Assembly (NCBI GenBank): GCA_965197475.1
Contig: CBDANF010000003.1
Location: 3,008,001 to 3,072,000, forward strand
Length of the DNA: 64,000 nt
Reading direction: 5' to 3'
DNA from: Candidatus Poribacteria bacterium
Lineage (GTDB): Bacteria; Poribacteria; WGA-4E; WGA-3G
The notes beneath the pieces were generated by a model. The model ran no database searches. It had not been told where the DNA came from and worked only from the letters and a program-made list of their open reading frames with translations. Positions 26,830-36,806 of this stretch are shown one piece after another. The position numbers and the translations under genes are program-made. Position 1 is the first letter of the stretch; every line of letters starts with the position of its first letter.

Positions 26830-27651
26830 TTAATTTTCCAATTTTTCATTTTCCCAATCGTTGTGCCAAACAAGCGTATTCTGCACATCGTCGTCAAGCA
26901 CATCACCGACCTTTAGCGAATTAAAATATGGTTCAGGTAGGATATTTCTCTTTCCATTGAAGGTACATCCATCAGGCATGAATCCACACGTCATCGCTCT
27001 ACGATGTGAAAACGTCATGTTTGCACCGGCACCGTGTGCAGTTAATCCATTGTGCCAAACCATAGAACCCGCGGGACACGGTGCTGATTGCGGTTCAAAT
27101 TCTTTCCATTCTGGATAAACATTAAACAGCGCACCTATATTCTCGCCGATACCGACGTTTTCAAAACGAGCAGTTTTGTGGGTTCCGGGAAGATACCACA
27201 TACATCCATTTCCAAGTGTCGCATCATCTAACGCAACCCAGAACGAAACAGCATCACGCGAATCAAAAGACCAGTACGGGACATCCAAGTGCCATGCCGT
27301 GGGGTTGCCATTTGGCGGTTTAATCAATGCTTGATCGTGCCAAATTCGCATCCCATCAACCCCAGCCAATTGTGTCGCCATCTGTCCGATTTTCGGGTCA
27401 TGCACCAACTTTCGCATACCAGAGTGTGAATCTGATAGACGTAAGCATTGCGTAAATACCCGCGCATAAAAATTTGACGGATCCAGTTGATTTGTCATGA
27501 CCTCAACGGAACCACCGAGGCGTTCGGTCACAGATTCATCCGTGCATCTGCGCCATTCGGCTAATTCGTCAGCATCAAGAAAGTTCTCAATGACAAGGGA
27601 TCCGTTTTCCCGATAAAAATCAATTTGTTCGGCAGTGAGTTCGTGCCGCAT
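26830..27651 (-). CDS. Phytanoyl-CoA dioxygenase (PhyH) family protein
   Basis: WHLD motif, WVALDDATLGNGCMWYLPGTH, HGAGAN, RRA. Confidence 0.88.
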   Translation of the reverse strand: MRHELTAEQIDFYRENGSLVIENFLDADELAEWRRCTDESVTERLGGSVEVMTNQLDPSNFYARVFTQCLRLSDSHSGMRKLVHDPKIGQMATQLAGVDGMRIWHDQALIKPPNGNPTAWHLDVPYWSFDSRDAVSFWVALDDATLGNGCMWYLPGTHKTARFENVGIGENIGALFNVYPEWKEFEPQSAPCPAGSMVWHNGLTAHGAGANMTFSHRRAMTCGFMPDGCTFNGKRNILPEPYFNSLKVGDVLDDDVQNTLVWHNDWENEKLEN

Positions 27652-27826
27652 CTCCCATTCTCCTTTTAGTTCTGCGGGTAATATTTCTTTAGAATTTTAA
27701 ACCCGATGTCAATACGTCATTATATTATTATCCTATCATGTAAAACGCAAATAGACAAGCGAATTTTAAGGACTCTCGTTTTCAACTGAAAGCGTACCTC
27801 AGTTAGTGTTCGTTCCCTATTTTAGA

Positions 27827-27855
27827 TTGACGGACAAAGTTAAATCTGTTATATT
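27827..27855 (+). promoter_or_regulatory. sigma70-type promoter of the TA operon
   Basis: TTGACG-17 nt-TATATT with TGn extension. Confidence 0.5.
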
Positions 27856-27929
27856 AAATTTACCTTGATTTATAACAAACCAAACAGTGTTCTCTTTGTC
27901 CATAATGCTATCTTTTTTGAAGCTTATCA

Positions 27930-28268
27930 ATGCGAAACACACAACCACGAGACCTACAATTCTACCGAACTCCAAATGGCAGGGAACCTTTTAACGAATG
28001 GTATAGATCGATTCGAGATCCTAACACAAAATATAGAATTCAAATAAGACTTGAGCGGCTTAAAGATGGAAATCGTGGGGATTGCAGGTCTGTCGGTGAA
28101 GGAGTTTTTGAACTACGACTCCACTATGGATCTGGCTATCGGATTTACTTTGGTGAAGTACATCACATGGTTATTCTTGTCCTATGTGGAGGTGACAAGT
28201 CATCACAGCAGAGAGACATTGAACGCGCAAAGACTTATTGGTCAGAATACAAGGAAACACAAACATGA
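27930..28268 (+). CDS. Type II TA toxin, RelE/HigB-like (addiction module killer protein)
   Basis: GREPFNEW, RLERLKDGNRGD..SVGEGVFELR...GYRIYF, GGDKSSQQRDIERAK. Confidence 0.9.
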   Translation: MRNTQPRDLQFYRTPNGREPFNEWYRSIRDPNTKYRIQIRLERLKDGNRGDCRSVGEGVFELRLHYGSGYRIYFGEVHHMVILVLCGGDKSSQQRDIERAKTYWSEYKETQT

Positions 28269-28606
28269 GAAAACTTCGAACCTTTCATGAGTTTTTAATG
28301 GAAGAACTTGCAAACCGAGAACATGCAATTGGTTATCTTGATGTAGCATTGGAAGAATATCAGGAAGATGGCGATACCTCCTTCTTTCTGAAAGGGATTA
28401 GAAATGTTGTAGAAGCGCAGGGCGGTTTTCCCGAGTTTGCCAAGCGAACCCACATGTCACCGGATGCCTTGCAGAAGATTCTTTCAAGTGATAAAGCACC
28501 GCATATTGACACACTCGGAACTATACTCAATGTACTTGGATGCCGACTTACGATTGAGCCGATACAAGCTGAAAAGTCTTGTTCTGAAATTGAAACTGAA
28601 AATTAG
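28265..28606 (+). CDS. Addiction-module antidote protein (HTH antitoxin)
   Basis: YLDVALEE...FLKGIRNVVEAQGG...HTH; ATGA overlap with the toxin. Confidence 0.88.
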   Translation: MRKLRTFHEFLMEELANREHAIGYLDVALEEYQEDGDTSFFLKGIRNVVEAQGGFPEFAKRTHMSPDALQKILSSDKAPHIDTLGTILNVLGCRLTIEPIQAEKSCSEIETEN

Positions 28607-28621
28607 AAGAAGGAAACCACA

Positions 28622-29674
28622 ATGAGAATACTTTTAACAATTCTATGTGTTATTCTCTCCTTTGTTGCTGACGCAAGGGCTAAAATTGTGTTTGAATCTA
28701 GTCAAGGCGAAAAACGTGGCGGCATCTTTGTTATGGATGATGATGGTGATAATATTACGCAACTCACCGAGGAACCTATCTTGGATACGGAACCACGTTG
28801 GTCGCCAGATGGGAAACGGATTGTTTTTGAAAGGGTGATAACACCAGACAAGCAATGGGGCGATCTCTTTATTATGGATGCAGATGGTGCAAATTTGCAT
28901 CAACTCACTGACCATCATGGACTGAATGCTTCCCCATCGTTTTCACCTGACGGAAAACGTATTGTTTTTACGAGCGATCTCAACAATAAGTTGGGTGTCT
29001 ACGTAATGGATCTTGACAGTAAGGCTATCAAAAAAATTGCTGACTTCCTCGCGAACTACCCTGATTGGTCTCCGGATGGGCATCATATTGTCTTTTCAGA
29101 TCAGGGTGTCAATATTTGGATAATGAATGCCGATGGTGGAAACGCGCGCCTACTCCTTCCTCCAATTCCTGAAGGAAGACGGATCAGGAGACAGGGACCG
29201 CGATGGTCACCAAACGGCAAACAGATTCTCTACAAGGAGGGTGAGTTTGAACTGGTCCAAATAGGTCCAGGAAAATGGAAATCTGTCCCTTTAGCGTATC
29301 GGTATATGATCTGCGATCTAAAGGGAAATAACATAAAACAACTGAAAATACCGAAGAATTGGAAACACGGTTCAATTGCCTGGATGGATAACGGTAAAGC
29401 TGTACTTTTCAGTGCCGATGCGGATTTTGATCCAGATCAACCAATTGGCCATCCAGATCGCACTTATGATTTCTATAAATATCATATTGCAACAAATAAG
29501 ATTACACGAATCACCATGCATTCGGAGAAATATATGGGGGGAGATTGGGTTAGCGGTGATCTCTCTGTCTCTCCTCAAGGAAAATTGCTAAGGCAATGGG
29601 GTGAATTGAAGACATTTTCGCAACACTTGAATGGAAGTAAACGTAACACAAATACCCCTGAACCGATACGATGA
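28622..29674 (+). CDS. Secreted TolB-like (PD40/WD40-like beta-propeller) protein
   Basis: Signal peptide; repeated P(R/D/S)(W/F)SPDGKRIVF and IFVMDxDG; C-terminal SVSPQGKLLRQWGELK. Confidence 0.85.
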   Translation: MRILLTILCVILSFVADARAKIVFESSQGEKRGGIFVMDDDGDNITQLTEEPILDTEPRWSPDGKRIVFERVITPDKQWGDLFIMDADGANLHQLTDHHGLNASPSFSPDGKRIVFTSDLNNKLGVYVMDLDSKAIKKIADFLANYPDWSPDGHHIVFSDQGVNIWIMNADGGNARLLLPPIPEGRRIRRQGPRWSPNGKQILYKEGEFELVQIGPGKWKSVPLAYRYMICDLKGNNIKQLKIPKNWKHGSIAWMDNGKAVLFSADADFDPDQPIGHPDRTYDFYKYHIATNKITRITMHSEKYMGGDWVSGDLSVSPQGKLLRQWGELKTFSQHLNGSKRNTNTPEPIR

Positions 29675-29769
29675 AAATGATTCACCTACGCTACTTAGGA
29701 CAAGATGTCGCATACCTAAGATGACATTAAATAGATACTAAACATCCCAATATTAGCGAAGGAAAAACT

Positions 29770-30252
29770 ATGACACCACCACAACACTTAGACATCCGAG
29801 TCAACCCCACCATCACACCTGACGAACTGTACAACTTCTATGAACGGAACGACATCTGCGAAGTTGGGTTCGGCAAAGAAGTGGCAGCGCGGATATTGGA
29901 ATTTCCACACCTGATAGTAGCTGCATACGCAGAGACAGAACTCGTCGGACTTGCACGCGCTACCTTTGACGGGCTTTCCGCACACATCATGGAATTTTCC
30001 GTTGACATTTGTTATCAAGGAGATAATCTGAAATACAATAACGGATCACTGATGGAATCAGATAATAGCGGTGTAGGAAACCTATTAGGAGAATACCTCC
30101 TGCGTGAATTAGAGCAAATGGGGATAACCTTCATCACAGGCTACATCGTTGCTAATTGCGAAGAGTCTTTTTACCGTTCAATTGGTTTTGATGAAAACGA
30201 AGGACATCTTGTCTATTACATTGACAAACGTCCTTATGTAACCGAATCCTAA
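29770..30252 (+). CDS. GNAT-fold acetyltransferase-like protein
   Basis: ELVGLAR, SVDICYQG...GVGNLL, FYRSIGF. Confidence 0.65.
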   Translation: MTPPQHLDIRVNPTITPDELYNFYERNDICEVGFGKEVAARILEFPHLIVAAYAETELVGLARATFDGLSAHIMEFSVDICYQGDNLKYNNGSLMESDNSGVGNLLGEYLLRELEQMGITFITGYIVANCEESFYRSIGFDENEGHLVYYIDKRPYVTES

Positions 30253-30290
30253 CAAGACGTTGAAGTTAACGTTGGAAAGGAGGCATTGTA

Positions 30291-30491
30291 ATGACGAAAT
30301 ATGAATATAAGATTATAAGAATTAGCCAGAAAGGATGGGGATTTAAATCTAGAACCATTCCTGACCTTGAAAGCACTCTTAATCGTGAGGCAAAAGAAGG
30401 GTGGCGACTGTGCGAAATTATCCAACCAGCTGCATCTTTCGGAGAATCTACAGCCGTGATCGTGATTTTTGAAAGAGTGTTAGAGGAATAG
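30291..30491 (+). CDS. DUF4177-like small protein
   Basis: KYEYKII...LNREAKEGWRL...IFER; AAGGAGG RBS. Confidence 0.8.
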   Translation: MTKYEYKIIRISQKGWGFKSRTIPDLESTLNREAKEGWRLCEIIQPAASFGESTAVIVIFERVLEE

Positions 30492-30595
30492 ATGATTCCA
30501 GAGAGTCTTTTAGGTTAGCAGAGGCGATCATTTCCTATCAACACTGTCAATTGAGTTTACCACATTACTCAATAAATACGAAGGAGACCAGAACG

Positions 30596-31762
30596 ATGAA
30601 CAATTTACCACATTTTCCCGTGACTGTTGTAGGGAGCATGCCCCGCTCACGATCCGTGTCACAGGCATTGCGAAACAGACAAAAGGGACGCGTTACAGAT
30701 ATGGACTTTAACACTATTGCTGATGAAGCAGTGATCGAAAGTCTCAAATTGCAAGAAGAAAACGGAGTCAATATCGTGAGTGACGGCGAACAACGTAGGG
30801 ACAACTTTTATTCCTTTATCACTGAGTGTATTGATGGCATCCGCTTGATGACACTTGCGGAAATGCTTGACTATGTTGAAGATAAAGCCGCATTTGAACA
30901 ACTGCTGAACGCGCTTGATGTCCCCGCTTTTGCCCTAAAAAATCCGGTCGTTGATGGAAAGTTAAAACGCACCTCGTCCCTTGTGTTAAACGACTATCTT
31001 TTTCTCAAACAGCATACTACAAAACCTATCAAAGTCACACTTCCTGGTCCGTATCTTTTGACTCGCTCAATGTGGGTTAAGAAGCTATCCTATGAATTTT
31101 ATCCCGATAAAGAATCCTTAGGAGACGATGTTGTAGCGGTGCTACGTCAGGAATTGCATGAATTACAGGAGGCAGGTTGCGAATTTGTGCAATTTGATGA
31201 ACCAGTACTGACCGAAGTTGCTTTTACAGGACCACATGAAACGCACACGTTTATGTGTGCAGCTCTGTCCGAAAAGAGCAGTCCAGAGGAAGAACTCAAT
31301 TTCGCTGTTGAACTAATGAATCGCGTCGTTGAAGGAATAGATGTAAATATGAAAACGGCACTTCATGTCTGCCGTGGCAACTGGAGTCAACAGGAAGATG
31401 TCCTACTTCGCGGTTCTTACGATTTACTGATTCCCTATTTTAGCCAAATGAACGTCAATCAGTTTGTATTGGAATATGCTACAGAACGGGCTGGTAGCAT
31501 TGATGTTCTCGGTGAACTACCTCCAGACAAAGAGATAGGTCTTGGTGTAGTTGATCCCCGCACCACCGAGGTGGAATCCGTTGACTTCGTATTAGCCAAG
31601 GTTCGCACACTTCTAAAACATAGAAAACCAGAACAGATTTATCTTAATCCGGACTGTGGTTTCGGCACCTTCGCCGATCGTCCTGTAAATACAACAGAAA
31701 TCGCAGCGCAAAAACTTCAAGTAATCCATGAAGCAGCAAAGATTTTACGTACTGATGTATAA
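30596..31762 (+). CDS. Cobalamin-independent methionine synthase II (MetE C-terminal-like) family protein
   Basis: VVGSMPR, SDGEQRR, QFDEP, LHVCRGN, LEYA, NPDCGFGT (Zn ligands H, C, E, C). Confidence 0.88.
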   Translation: MNNLPHFPVTVVGSMPRSRSVSQALRNRQKGRVTDMDFNTIADEAVIESLKLQEENGVNIVSDGEQRRDNFYSFITECIDGIRLMTLAEMLDYVEDKAAFEQLLNALDVPAFALKNPVVDGKLKRTSSLVLNDYLFLKQHTTKPIKVTLPGPYLLTRSMWVKKLSYEFYPDKESLGDDVVAVLRQELHELQEAGCEFVQFDEPVLTEVAFTGPHETHTFMCAALSEKSSPEEELNFAVELMNRVVEGIDVNMKTALHVCRGNWSQQEDVLLRGSYDLLIPYFSQMNVNQFVLEYATERAGSIDVLGELPPDKEIGLGVVDPRTTEVESVDFVLAKVRTLLKHRKPEQIYLNPDCGFGTFADRPVNTTEIAAQKLQVIHEAAKILRTDV

Positions 31763-31928
31763 GGGTTTGTGCAAAATTTTTACTATCTTTTTTTACTGTG
31801 ACCTCTCTATAAGGTCAAAAGCGTTCACAGATTCCCCGCTTGTTTTTTCTATGCGTTTATGCTATAATTCGGTCAATTGAAGTAGGGGAGCTAATTCAAC
31901 ATATCCGCAAAGCGAAGGAGACGAAAAT

Positions 31929-33017
31929 TTGATAAATCTATTTGGAGCAGCCTATGATAGGATACAACTGCTTCGCCACTTGGGAAACATCTCACAAGTA
32001 GCTGAGGCAAAGGTATACCAACTCGCGGATGGAAACGAAAAAGGAACGGATGCGATCAGTTTTCGAACAGGTTCCGGATTGAATTTCACTGTTCTACCGA
32101 ACCGTGGGCTGGATATATCTTACGCCGATTATAACGGAATCCCATTGTGTTGGCGTTCAGGTACCGGTGATGTAGCGGCAGCACATTACGAACCGACCGG
32201 TCTCGGATGGTTGCGCGGATTCTATGGTGGGTTGCTTACAACATGTGGCATGACACAAGCAGGGGAACCAAACGTAGATGAGGATGTGGAGCTCGGATTT
32301 CACGGTAGAGTTTCGCACATTCCCGCGAAAAACGTCTGGGTTGACAGTCGGTGGGAAGGTGATCGTTATATCTTATGGGCGCAAGGAAAGGTTACAGAAA
32401 CCGCAGCATTGGGTGAACATCTGTGCCGTACCCGCCGTATCTGGACTGAATTAGGCTCGCGTAAACTGCATATTGAAGACATTGTTGAGAACCTTGGATA
32501 TCAGGATTGCCCACACATGTATCTCTTCCACATTAATGTTGGTTTCCCAATACTTGCTGATGGAAGTGAGATTTTGGCACCCTCATCTCAAGTAACACCA
32601 CGAGACGAACACGCAAAAAATAATTTAACAAATTATAACTTCGGGGAACCACCCACCGTTGATTTCCAAGAACAGGTCTACTATCACGAAATGGAACCTG
32701 ATGTTGACAACCACATTCGCGTTGCGCTTATCAATAGAAGTTTTAACGATGGACAGGGCATCGGAATTGCTGTACGTTACCACAAAACACAATTCCCTCA
32801 CTTTGTCCAGTGGAAATTGTGTGGTCAAGGTGCCTATGTGATGGGTTTGGAACCATCAAACTGCCGAGTTGACGGTAGAGCATCGGAACGCGAACGCGGC
32901 ACCTTACAGCATATTGGACCTGGCGGCCGCCGCCACTACGAAGTCGAAATCAGTGTGTTAACATCCAACGCTGAGATTGACGCACTTGAAACAAAAATTG
33001 CAAAAACACAAAATTAA
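31929..33017 (+). CDS. Aldose 1-epimerase-like / DUF4432 family protein
   Basis: RGLDISYA, GLLTTCG, HGRVS, HINVGFP, YVMGLEP. Confidence 0.82.
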   Translation: MINLFGAAYDRIQLLRHLGNISQVAEAKVYQLADGNEKGTDAISFRTGSGLNFTVLPNRGLDISYADYNGIPLCWRSGTGDVAAAHYEPTGLGWLRGFYGGLLTTCGMTQAGEPNVDEDVELGFHGRVSHIPAKNVWVDSRWEGDRYILWAQGKVTETAALGEHLCRTRRIWTELGSRKLHIEDIVENLGYQDCPHMYLFHINVGFPILADGSEILAPSSQVTPRDEHAKNNLTNYNFGEPPTVDFQEQVYYHEMEPDVDNHIRVALINRSFNDGQGIGIAVRYHKTQFPHFVQWKLCGQGAYVMGLEPSNCRVDGRASERERGTLQHIGPGGRRHYEVEISVLTSNAEIDALETKIAKTQN

Positions 33018-33073
33018 CACCCTCGTCCGGAGAGGATATGCACTTGCTGTCCTACTCTTAAGGAGAAATTGGA

Positions 33074-34954
33074 ATGAATAAGCGTTTAACTTTATCCTTT
33101 ATTGCTGTCGTATTTTTGATAACTATTCTATTCACCACTTTTTATGTAGCTGAACCAATTAGAGCCGCAGAATCTGAAAGTATCACAGCAGAAACGACCC
33201 CTCAAAAATCTGAAGTTGCCCCAGTTGAAATTCCCGACAACAGTGTTTTAAATTTAATACCGGAAGACATATTAGGTGTCATCTATTGTCCCAGTTTGTT
33301 AGAATTGGATGACAGAATTAACACCTTCGTGTCAGAAATGATGCCGCAAGCAGGAGGATCACCTGAGCTCCTCGCGAAAATTTTGGCGAATTCCTTCGGT
33401 GCTGGATTTGAAAGTTTAGCCGAGTTGGAAGAGATTGGCTTAGATTTGAACCAAGATTTCGCAGTATTCCTAACAAGTTTGGATCCGCCGAGTCTTTCTG
33501 CAACCGTTCACCTCACAGATCCAGACGCAATGCTACAGGTAATTGAGGCAGAAGCAGAGGGAAGTGCCCCTAAGGAATATAACGGTATAACCTACTGGAG
33601 TTCTGATAAAGGTAGTGGTAGTTTTGCTATTTTGGAAAATACTCTTGTCTTTTCACAGCAGCCTGAGGTTTGTGAGAACGTCATTGATATTACCAAAGGA
33701 AAAATGAAGTCTATCGTAGCAAATCAGGATTACGCTTCATTCCTAACCAATATCTTAAACGGGGCAGATCAGATAGCGGCATATTTTAACCTTGAATCCA
33801 TGATCGCTCATCAAATTGAGTCAATTAAGGTAGAATTTGAATCAATGATTGACAGTATGCAAAGTGACCCCGGAGCCATGGCTCTGGTACCAATGGTTGA
33901 GGGTATGTTTAGCCAGCTAACAGAACTTCTTGAAGAGATAAAATCTGTTAGTGCTACGCTCCGAGTTGAAGGAACAGATGTGCAATTCGCGCCGTTCCTG
34001 AAATTCGACAGTGATGGACAGATTCAAGATTTCTTAAAAAAGATGACCCCCGGTGAATTAATGATCGTCAATGACCTACCCAACCAAGGCTTTTTGAACG
34101 CTGGCTTTCAAGGTAGTCCAGATGTGCTATTTGAATGGGGCATGAATTGGCTAAAAGTTTTTACAATGGATGATTCAGGTCCCAATGCAAATTGGGAAGC
34201 ACTCCTTGAACAAATGAAAGGTTCTTTTGAATCGCTGGCTGATGAGTGGAGTTTCTCTGCTAATTTTAACGACAGTTTTGTTCCTGAATTATTGTTCATC
34301 TCTGAACTGAAAAACGAACAAAAAATGAAAACATATATGGATGAACAGTTTTTGAAACAATTCCAAAAATTAATAATACTTGCCCGAGAGTCCGTAGATG
34401 ATGCCTCTCAGATGGGTATGTTTGATGAGGCTTATGTTGGAAACCCGATGATGCATAATGGTGTTGAGATTAAAACCTTCACCTTTCCCAATTTCAGCGC
34501 AGCTTTCGAAGATGTGTCCCCCGAAGTTGTTAATTTTATGCCGCAGGAATGGCACTGGTCTTATGCTTTTTCAGAAGATCAGTTCTACTTTGCGATAGGT
34601 GGTGCAGAACTGATTAAGTCAGCACTTGATAGCAAAGCGAAAATAGGTGAAAGCATATCTGAAAACCAGAGTTATCAAAAACTCATTGAGAAATTGGGAG
34701 CGAAAAATAATCTGCTTTTAGGTTTTTCTCCACTAACTATTACTAAAAGTTTCATGGCTATAGTGGCGAAGGCTGATCCAAACGCTGCCGCACAAATTCA
34801 GATGTTCTCAGGTATCTTAATGGGTATTCCTGAAAACTACAGCATCGGTTTTTCAACCAAAGTACGGGATGGCGGGATGGGTGCTAAACTACTCATCACC
34901 CTTGGTGACTACAAACAGTTAATTCAAACATTGATGTTGTTGTCCGGAATGTGA
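33074..34954 (+). CDS. Hypothetical exported protein
   Basis: 626-aa ORF with N-terminal signal/anchor; AAGGAG RBS. Confidence 0.7.
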   Translation: MNKRLTLSFIAVVFLITILFTTFYVAEPIRAAESESITAETTPQKSEVAPVEIPDNSVLNLIPEDILGVIYCPSLLELDDRINTFVSEMMPQAGGSPELLAKILANSFGAGFESLAELEEIGLDLNQDFAVFLTSLDPPSLSATVHLTDPDAMLQVIEAEAEGSAPKEYNGITYWSSDKGSGSFAILENTLVFSQQPEVCENVIDITKGKMKSIVANQDYASFLTNILNGADQIAAYFNLESMIAHQIESIKVEFESMIDSMQSDPGAMALVPMVEGMFSQLTELLEEIKSVSATLRVEGTDVQFAPFLKFDSDGQIQDFLKKMTPGELMIVNDLPNQGFLNAGFQGSPDVLFEWGMNWLKVFTMDDSGPNANWEALLEQMKGSFESLADEWSFSANFNDSFVPELLFISELKNEQKMKTYMDEQFLKQFQKLIILARESVDDASQMGMFDEAYVGNPMMHNGVEIKTFTFPNFSAAFEDVSPEVVNFMPQEWHWSYAFSEDQFYFAIGGAELIKSALDSKAKIGESISENQSYQKLIEKLGAKNNLLLGFSPLTITKSFMAIVAKADPNAAAQIQMFSGILMGIPENYSIGFSTKVRDGGMGAKLLITLGDYKQLIQTLMLLSGM

Positions 34955-34976
34955 CAGATGTAATAAGTTCTTTCTT

Positions 34977-35008
34977 ACTCGCCCACATCACCTTGTGGGC
35001 GAGTTTTT
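34977..35008 (+). terminator. Rho-independent terminator
   Basis: actcgcccaca-tcacct-tgtgggcgagt followed by a T run. Confidence 0.8.
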
Positions 35009-35196
35009 GTATTAATTGTAGTAGATTTTCAATTAACGATTCACCTTGATCCGCGCTTACAAAATGCACCTACAGGTAAGTATCTACTTATTTTAGACTT
35101 TCAACACAAGTTCCCACCCCAATAGACTATAGGTTCATACTTTTCCTTGGACATCACATATATTTCCCACATTTTCAAATAATATTCATTTTTAAT

Positions 35197-35225
35197 TTGA
35201 CTGATAAGTCGAAACCGAGTATAAT
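35197..35225 (+). promoter_or_regulatory. sigma70 promoter overlapped by a palindromic (BetI-like) operator candidate
   Basis: TTGACT-17 nt-TATAAT; TTGACTGATAAGTCGA imperfect palindrome over the -35; upstream of the porin-BCCT pair. Confidence 0.6.
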
Positions 35226-35408
35226 CAACCAAATTAAGACTAAATATTGTCTTATATGATATATGATATATGCGACAAGTTTAGTATGTTTGGTTAGATA
35301 GCAACTTAAGTTACTTTACTATAGTTTCAATTGTTGAGACAAAGGTTATTCATAACAAGTAGACATACCTATATAAGGGACAGTCTATCTATAAGGGGAG
35401 CTAAATTC

Positions 35409-36736
35409 ATGAAATGTGTTTTTAAAAGAGGTCTGAACTATCAAAACCTCATAAGTATCGCAATTACGATTTTATTGATCGTTGCGTCATTCGCAATTGC
35501 AGATACAGACGAAGAACAGGCTGCTGAGGCAGAAGCACCTAAGAAAAGCCCTATAAAAATCGGTGGTGCGATGCGTCTTAACTATGTCAAAGGCACTACG
35601 AAATTGACGACAAAAATGTAGTTGATGGACGAGGTGATAACAATGGCGATGTTGATCTTGAGATTTTCCGCTTGAATGCTGACCTGGACTACAATAACAT
35701 CATAGGCAGGATTGAATACCGGTGGTATCCCAGATATTTCGGTAAAAAAAGCGGTTATAGTATGATACATACAGCCTGGTTAGGGTATAACCTTGGTGAT
35801 TTAGGTACTATCAAGGCAGGAATTGTAAGAGTGCCTTTTGGACCGAGTCCATACGGTGTTTCTACAAGTTGGTTTTTTGACCAACATTTTTATGTAGGAC
35901 TCGCTGACGACATGGATTTGGGAATTAGATGGAATGACACCTTTGATCAGTTGACACTTGATGTAGCTTACTATCTTCAGAGTGAATTTCAAACTGATGG
36001 GAGTAGTCTTAATAGTTCTCGATACGCCTATGACGTTGTCAGGTGGGAAGAAAAAGCCGATGCAGACGGAAACGTTGAATGGGGTGCCGGGGAAAACGGA
36101 TATGATGAACAGCATCAATTTAACCTCCGTGCTATCTACACCCTTGCGGACAGTGCTGACGTTGGGGTATCACTTCAATACGGATTGCTGAAAGGAACAG
36201 ATGTGGGGGACGATGATAGCGGTAACCACTATGCCGTTTCCGCACACATGAAAAACACCGTCGCCGACTTTACTCTCTATTCACAGTTTTCCTATTACGC
36301 GCATAATATCGCTGAGGATACCCCTTGGGGTACCGGGGATTTAATTCCTATGGGTGCTTACGACTTTGCGTGGCCCATCGCATCAGAAGGATTAATACCT
36401 GCGTTATCCCTCCGCTATGGCGGTATAGACACATCAGGTATTTCATGGATTGACAGCGTTACACCTTATGCAGAGTGGAGCACTATCCTCAAAACTGTAG
36501 AAGACTATAACGCGAGTACTCTCGTGACAGTTGGTGCAAGCTGGACAATCCTGGGCGCACTGTATGTCTATAGTGATGTAGCACTTTCCAATGGCAACTC
36601 ATTTGTTGGAAACAGAACAGATGATGGCAAGATAGAAGGCTACGGTAATATCTACGATGGTGCCGGAGACTTTGGTGCTAACGGAAATAATGTCTGGAAT
36701 TGGCGGCTTAATTTTAACTTCGGTTATTATTTCTAA
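35409..36736 (+). pseudogene. Outer-membrane porin-like protein with a single frameshift near 35593
   Basis: Signal peptide and IKIGGAMRLNY in one frame; continuation YEIDDKN...DLEIFRLNADLDY...NFNFGYYF in another; one missing base restores a single ORF. Confidence 0.75.
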
Positions 36737-36806
36737 TCAGCGGACGCTATCCTAAGGCAAGCGCGCTTTGTAAGCACGCTTGCCCGTCTAAAAGGAGAAT
36801 ATTGAA

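Noticed and set aside
34949-34963. TGA followed by CAG ATG TAA as selenocysteine or readthrough
   Set aside because: Would add only three residues, no redox motif, and the downstream hairpin is a typical terminator
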